DNA from: the human T2T-CHM13v2.0 reference genome, Homo sapiens
DNA: 64,000 nucleotides
Assembly: GCF_009914755.1 (NCBI RefSeq)
Contig: NC_060927.1
Reading direction: 5' to 3' (one strand)
The position numbers and the translations under genes are program-made. Of this stretch, positions 59,150 through 64,000 are shown piece by piece (the stretch's first letter is position 1; each line of letters begins with the position of its first letter). The notes beneath the pieces are model-generated. The model was not told where the DNA came from and made no database searches. It saw nothing but the letters and a program-made list of their open reading frames with translations.

Positions 59150-59610
59150 TTTAGGCAGTTCTATGCCAGATATAGTCTGTTGGTAACCAGCACCATTTCC
59201 CTATTCCACTGTATCTTAGGGGCCCTGATGAGCCAAATCTTCACCCCCGACACTCTCTTGCTACCTGGTTTCCAGTGAGGTACCATGGAAAGCAGTTGAG
59301 GGAGGTAAGAAGGCAGGAGGAGGGGTGACTTTATCAGTAATAGTGACAGGTAAGTGAAGGCAATCAGTGGTTCCAGCAACCGCAATAAGGGCAACATCCA
59401 GGCAGCAGCAACAGCAGCCACACTCCTGTAACTCCGTGGGGAGTGGGGCCCTTAGTTATTTCCTGGTCTCTCCTTTACATCTTTTTCTTCCTTTTGTTCT
59501 CCTAGCCCTTCCAATGCCCTTGAATGCAACCCTCTGCATTAAATCCTTCTTCTCTGCTTAAAATATTTAGAGTGGTTTCTGTTCTCCTTTCTAGATATTG
59601 ATTATTGAAT
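59150..59610 (+). mobile_element. LTR33-like ERVL LTR
   Basis: GACACTCTCTTGCTACCTGG...GCAGCAGCAACAGC...ATTAAATCCTTCTTCTCTGCTTAAAATATTTAGAGTGGTTTCTGTT. Confidence 0.7.
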
Positions 59611-59974
59611 GCTTTTGATTTAGACAAAAGCTTTAGTTTCTTCCTGACCATTTTTTTTGCATACACCCCCAAAATGTCTTTATGAATCAGTGTGCTTTAA
59701 TTCTCGGTAACACTTGGCTACTTGGCTACAGTTTCATTGTGAGTCTTGCAGAGTCATCAGTAAAATTAATAACTGAAGCATTTAAAGCAAAATAATTCTT
59801 CAAGAATTCTCTAAGACAATTAAAGAACTGTAATGTTTTAGGATTACAGGTCCTTCTGGAGCAGTTCTAATTTTGTATGTGCTATCTATGTTATCCCTCT
59901 ACCCCTGACATTAACAAATTATGTACCTGGCCTGAAATTATTGGCCCTTATATATGTTAGTTTTCCAGTGATAC

Positions 59975-60410
59975 AGGTGGTATGGATATTTGTTGTTTTT
60001 GATGTCCATAACTTATTCCCACTTATTTGTGAGGAGCCTCTCTATACGACTGTATAGGAACTAGTCTTTCCTGCCCCACACCTTCAGGTGGGATTAATGG
60101 TGCTCTTGATGGTGCTGGGATCTCAAGCAGGGCTAATTTCTTACTCTATTTCTAAAATTTAAATCTGGACACAGAGGGACCAAAAAAAAAAAGACTGAAA
60201 ATGATGACAATTGATGCATCTTGATGATAGCAGCCCAAGGCTACCTATTGGTTCTTGCTCTTGCCTATCCACTGGTTCTGGGTTGTGTATGAGGCCTGGT
60301 TTTCCAGATTTCCCTTTGATTGTGTAAGCTGTTCCACATCCACCTGATAATTTGCTTCTCTCCTTGAGCTGAATAGAATTAAATTCTTTCTGTCAAAAGA
60401 ACCATATAAA
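59975..60410 (+). mobile_element. Old MLT1-family LTR
   Basis: TGGTATGGATATTTGTTGTTTTTG start; TTTCCAGATTTCCCTTTGATTGTGTAAGC...CAAAAGAACC end. Confidence 0.5.
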
Positions 60411-60439
60411 CAGAGTGGGATTGTATTTTTTTTTCTTTG

Positions 60440-61425
<986 letters not shown>

Positions 61426-62058
61426 TAGTTCTCTTCTTTTTTGAAATACATGTTGCACCAAGGACAGCCTCTTGTATCGACAAATGGTTATGCGGAATAT
61501 AAGGAACAATTCAATACTAACCCAGTTCTCTTGTGGAATAGCTGTCCAGTTCACTAAAGTCTCTTCAGGGCTCCTGGACCCAATTTGTTTGGTAAGTTTC
61601 CTCCGTTCTTCCCACTTCTCTCTGTATTCCTTCCATTCATTAAGTTTCTTTAAGCCTGGAGAGAATGAAATGAGAATACTTCTGAGCTGCATTTGCTTTC
61701 TCTCATGATGAGTCTGCTAATCATTTCAGAAAGGGCTTAAGTCTTTCCGTGTTAATACATTCAAAATGTAGGTTTTGGATAATATTTTTTTTTTTTTTAC
61801 AAAAAGAATAACTAAAGAGGAAACTTAAGCCACCTGCTAGGAATTTGCAAACAAGGTAACTAAGGCTCTTATTAAGGAAACATTTAGAATCTTTCAAAAG
61901 CACTAGTATTGTTGGTTCTGACTTGAGATAACCTGAATTTAAAAAGCCTGGCAACCAGTCCTTAGCGCTCACCTTTCAAAACCTTCACAGCCAAGAGTCA
62001 GATGCCTAAATGTCTCCTCGGCATATTTGCATCCTGACAGCCTCACTGTGGGGATTAG

Positions 62059-62660
<602 letters not shown>

Positions 62661-62789
62661 ATTTTCTTTATTCTTTACGGAAATTAATATTGGTAGATGG
62701 TCATTATCTAAAAATAAAATTATGAATGTGTTTTCTTACCTTTTCTTGAATTTTTTTGAGAGTCCTCAAAAATTATACTGAAAAAAAAA

Positions 62790-63020
62790 AGTTCAACAAA
62801 TCTATTATACATCATGGTGACTACAATTAATAACAATATATTGATTACTTGAAAATTGTTAAGAGGATAGAGTATATGTGCTCTCCTCACACACACACAC
62901 AAAGAAAGGTAATGTATATGTTAATTAGCTTGTTTAGCCATTCCATAATGCATACATATATCAAAATATCCTGTTATATACCACAAATATGTGCAATTTT
63001 TATTTGCCAATTCAAAAAAC
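62790..63020 (+). mobile_element. L1MA-like 3' end
   Basis: CATGGTGACTACAATTAATAACAATATATTG...ATATGTTAATTAGCTTG...TTTATTTGCCAATT. Confidence 0.8.
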
Positions 63021-63022
63021 AG

Positions 63023-63376
<354 letters not shown>

Positions 63377-63639
63377 TTATGTTTTAAAGAAGTTTGGCTT
63401 GTGTTATTTTTTTAAACCTACATATTTTTTCAAGAAATACCTAACTTTTCCCTAAACTTCCATATCCAGTTTTTTTTTAAGTTTAGATTTCTGTTGTATT
63501 ATAAATTTTTCCTCATAACTCTGTATACACACACACATTTTCTATTCCTTTGTTACCACAAAAATTATAAAATGTTTTGTATTTATAGAAGTATTATCAA
63601 ATATTTTCAAAAAGTTATTTTGATTGTTGACATTCACAG

Positions 63640-63800
63640 AAACCCAATGAATTAGTAGGTGCAGCAGTTATTATTACTGTTGTTTCACAGATGGAATGGG
63701 AGATATATGACTTTCCCAAGACCTTGAAGCCAGTAAAGTGGTGGAGCCAGAACTCAGACCCTGGCCTTCAGTTTCCAAGTCCAAGATTGTCTCCACCATA
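63640..63800 (-). mobile_element. MIR fragment
   Basis: TTTCACAGATGGAA...TGACTTTCCCAAG...GTAAAGTGGTGGAGCCAGAACTCAGACCC. Confidence 0.7.
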
Positions 63801-64000
63801 TCTCACTGTCCCTCTCCAGGGCCATGTAGTGAAGGGCTACTGGCTAAATAAATGGAGGAAACAAGCAGAAATGTAAGGTTGAATGCCTTTTTGGAAATCG
63901 GAGGAACCAAGTATTAGCAAACAACTGAAAAGTTATGCTCAAAGCCTAACAAGAAGCCAGTTGCATTGGGAATACTTGAACTGCTTCAGAATTTGTATAT

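Overview
AT-rich primate genomic DNA, most likely human or great ape given an L1PA2-type 3' end and two AluY copies. I find no supportable protein-coding gene, CpG island, RNA gene or promoter, so the window looks intronic or intergenic. Roughly half is transposable-element debris: 15 Alus, L1PA2, L1PA16-like and old L1M pieces, many L2/MIR/CR1 fragments, MaLR and ERVL LTRs, and MER44/MER47 DNA transposons. The listed ORFs are repeat-derived or chance. The most structured objects are a degraded two-LTR ERVL-class (LTR16) provirus with readable gag/RT/IN motifs (about 40.1-45.6 kb), a long L2 with a stack of nested insertions (about 10.9-15.7 kb), a solo poly(A) insertion between direct repeats, an AluY with an (AC)n tail, and a TE-poor block of about 7 kb with weak splice-site candidates. 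I see no evidence for a genuinely new biological system. Repeat subfamily calls come from recalled consensus sequences, not a database run, and boundaries of old elements are approximate.
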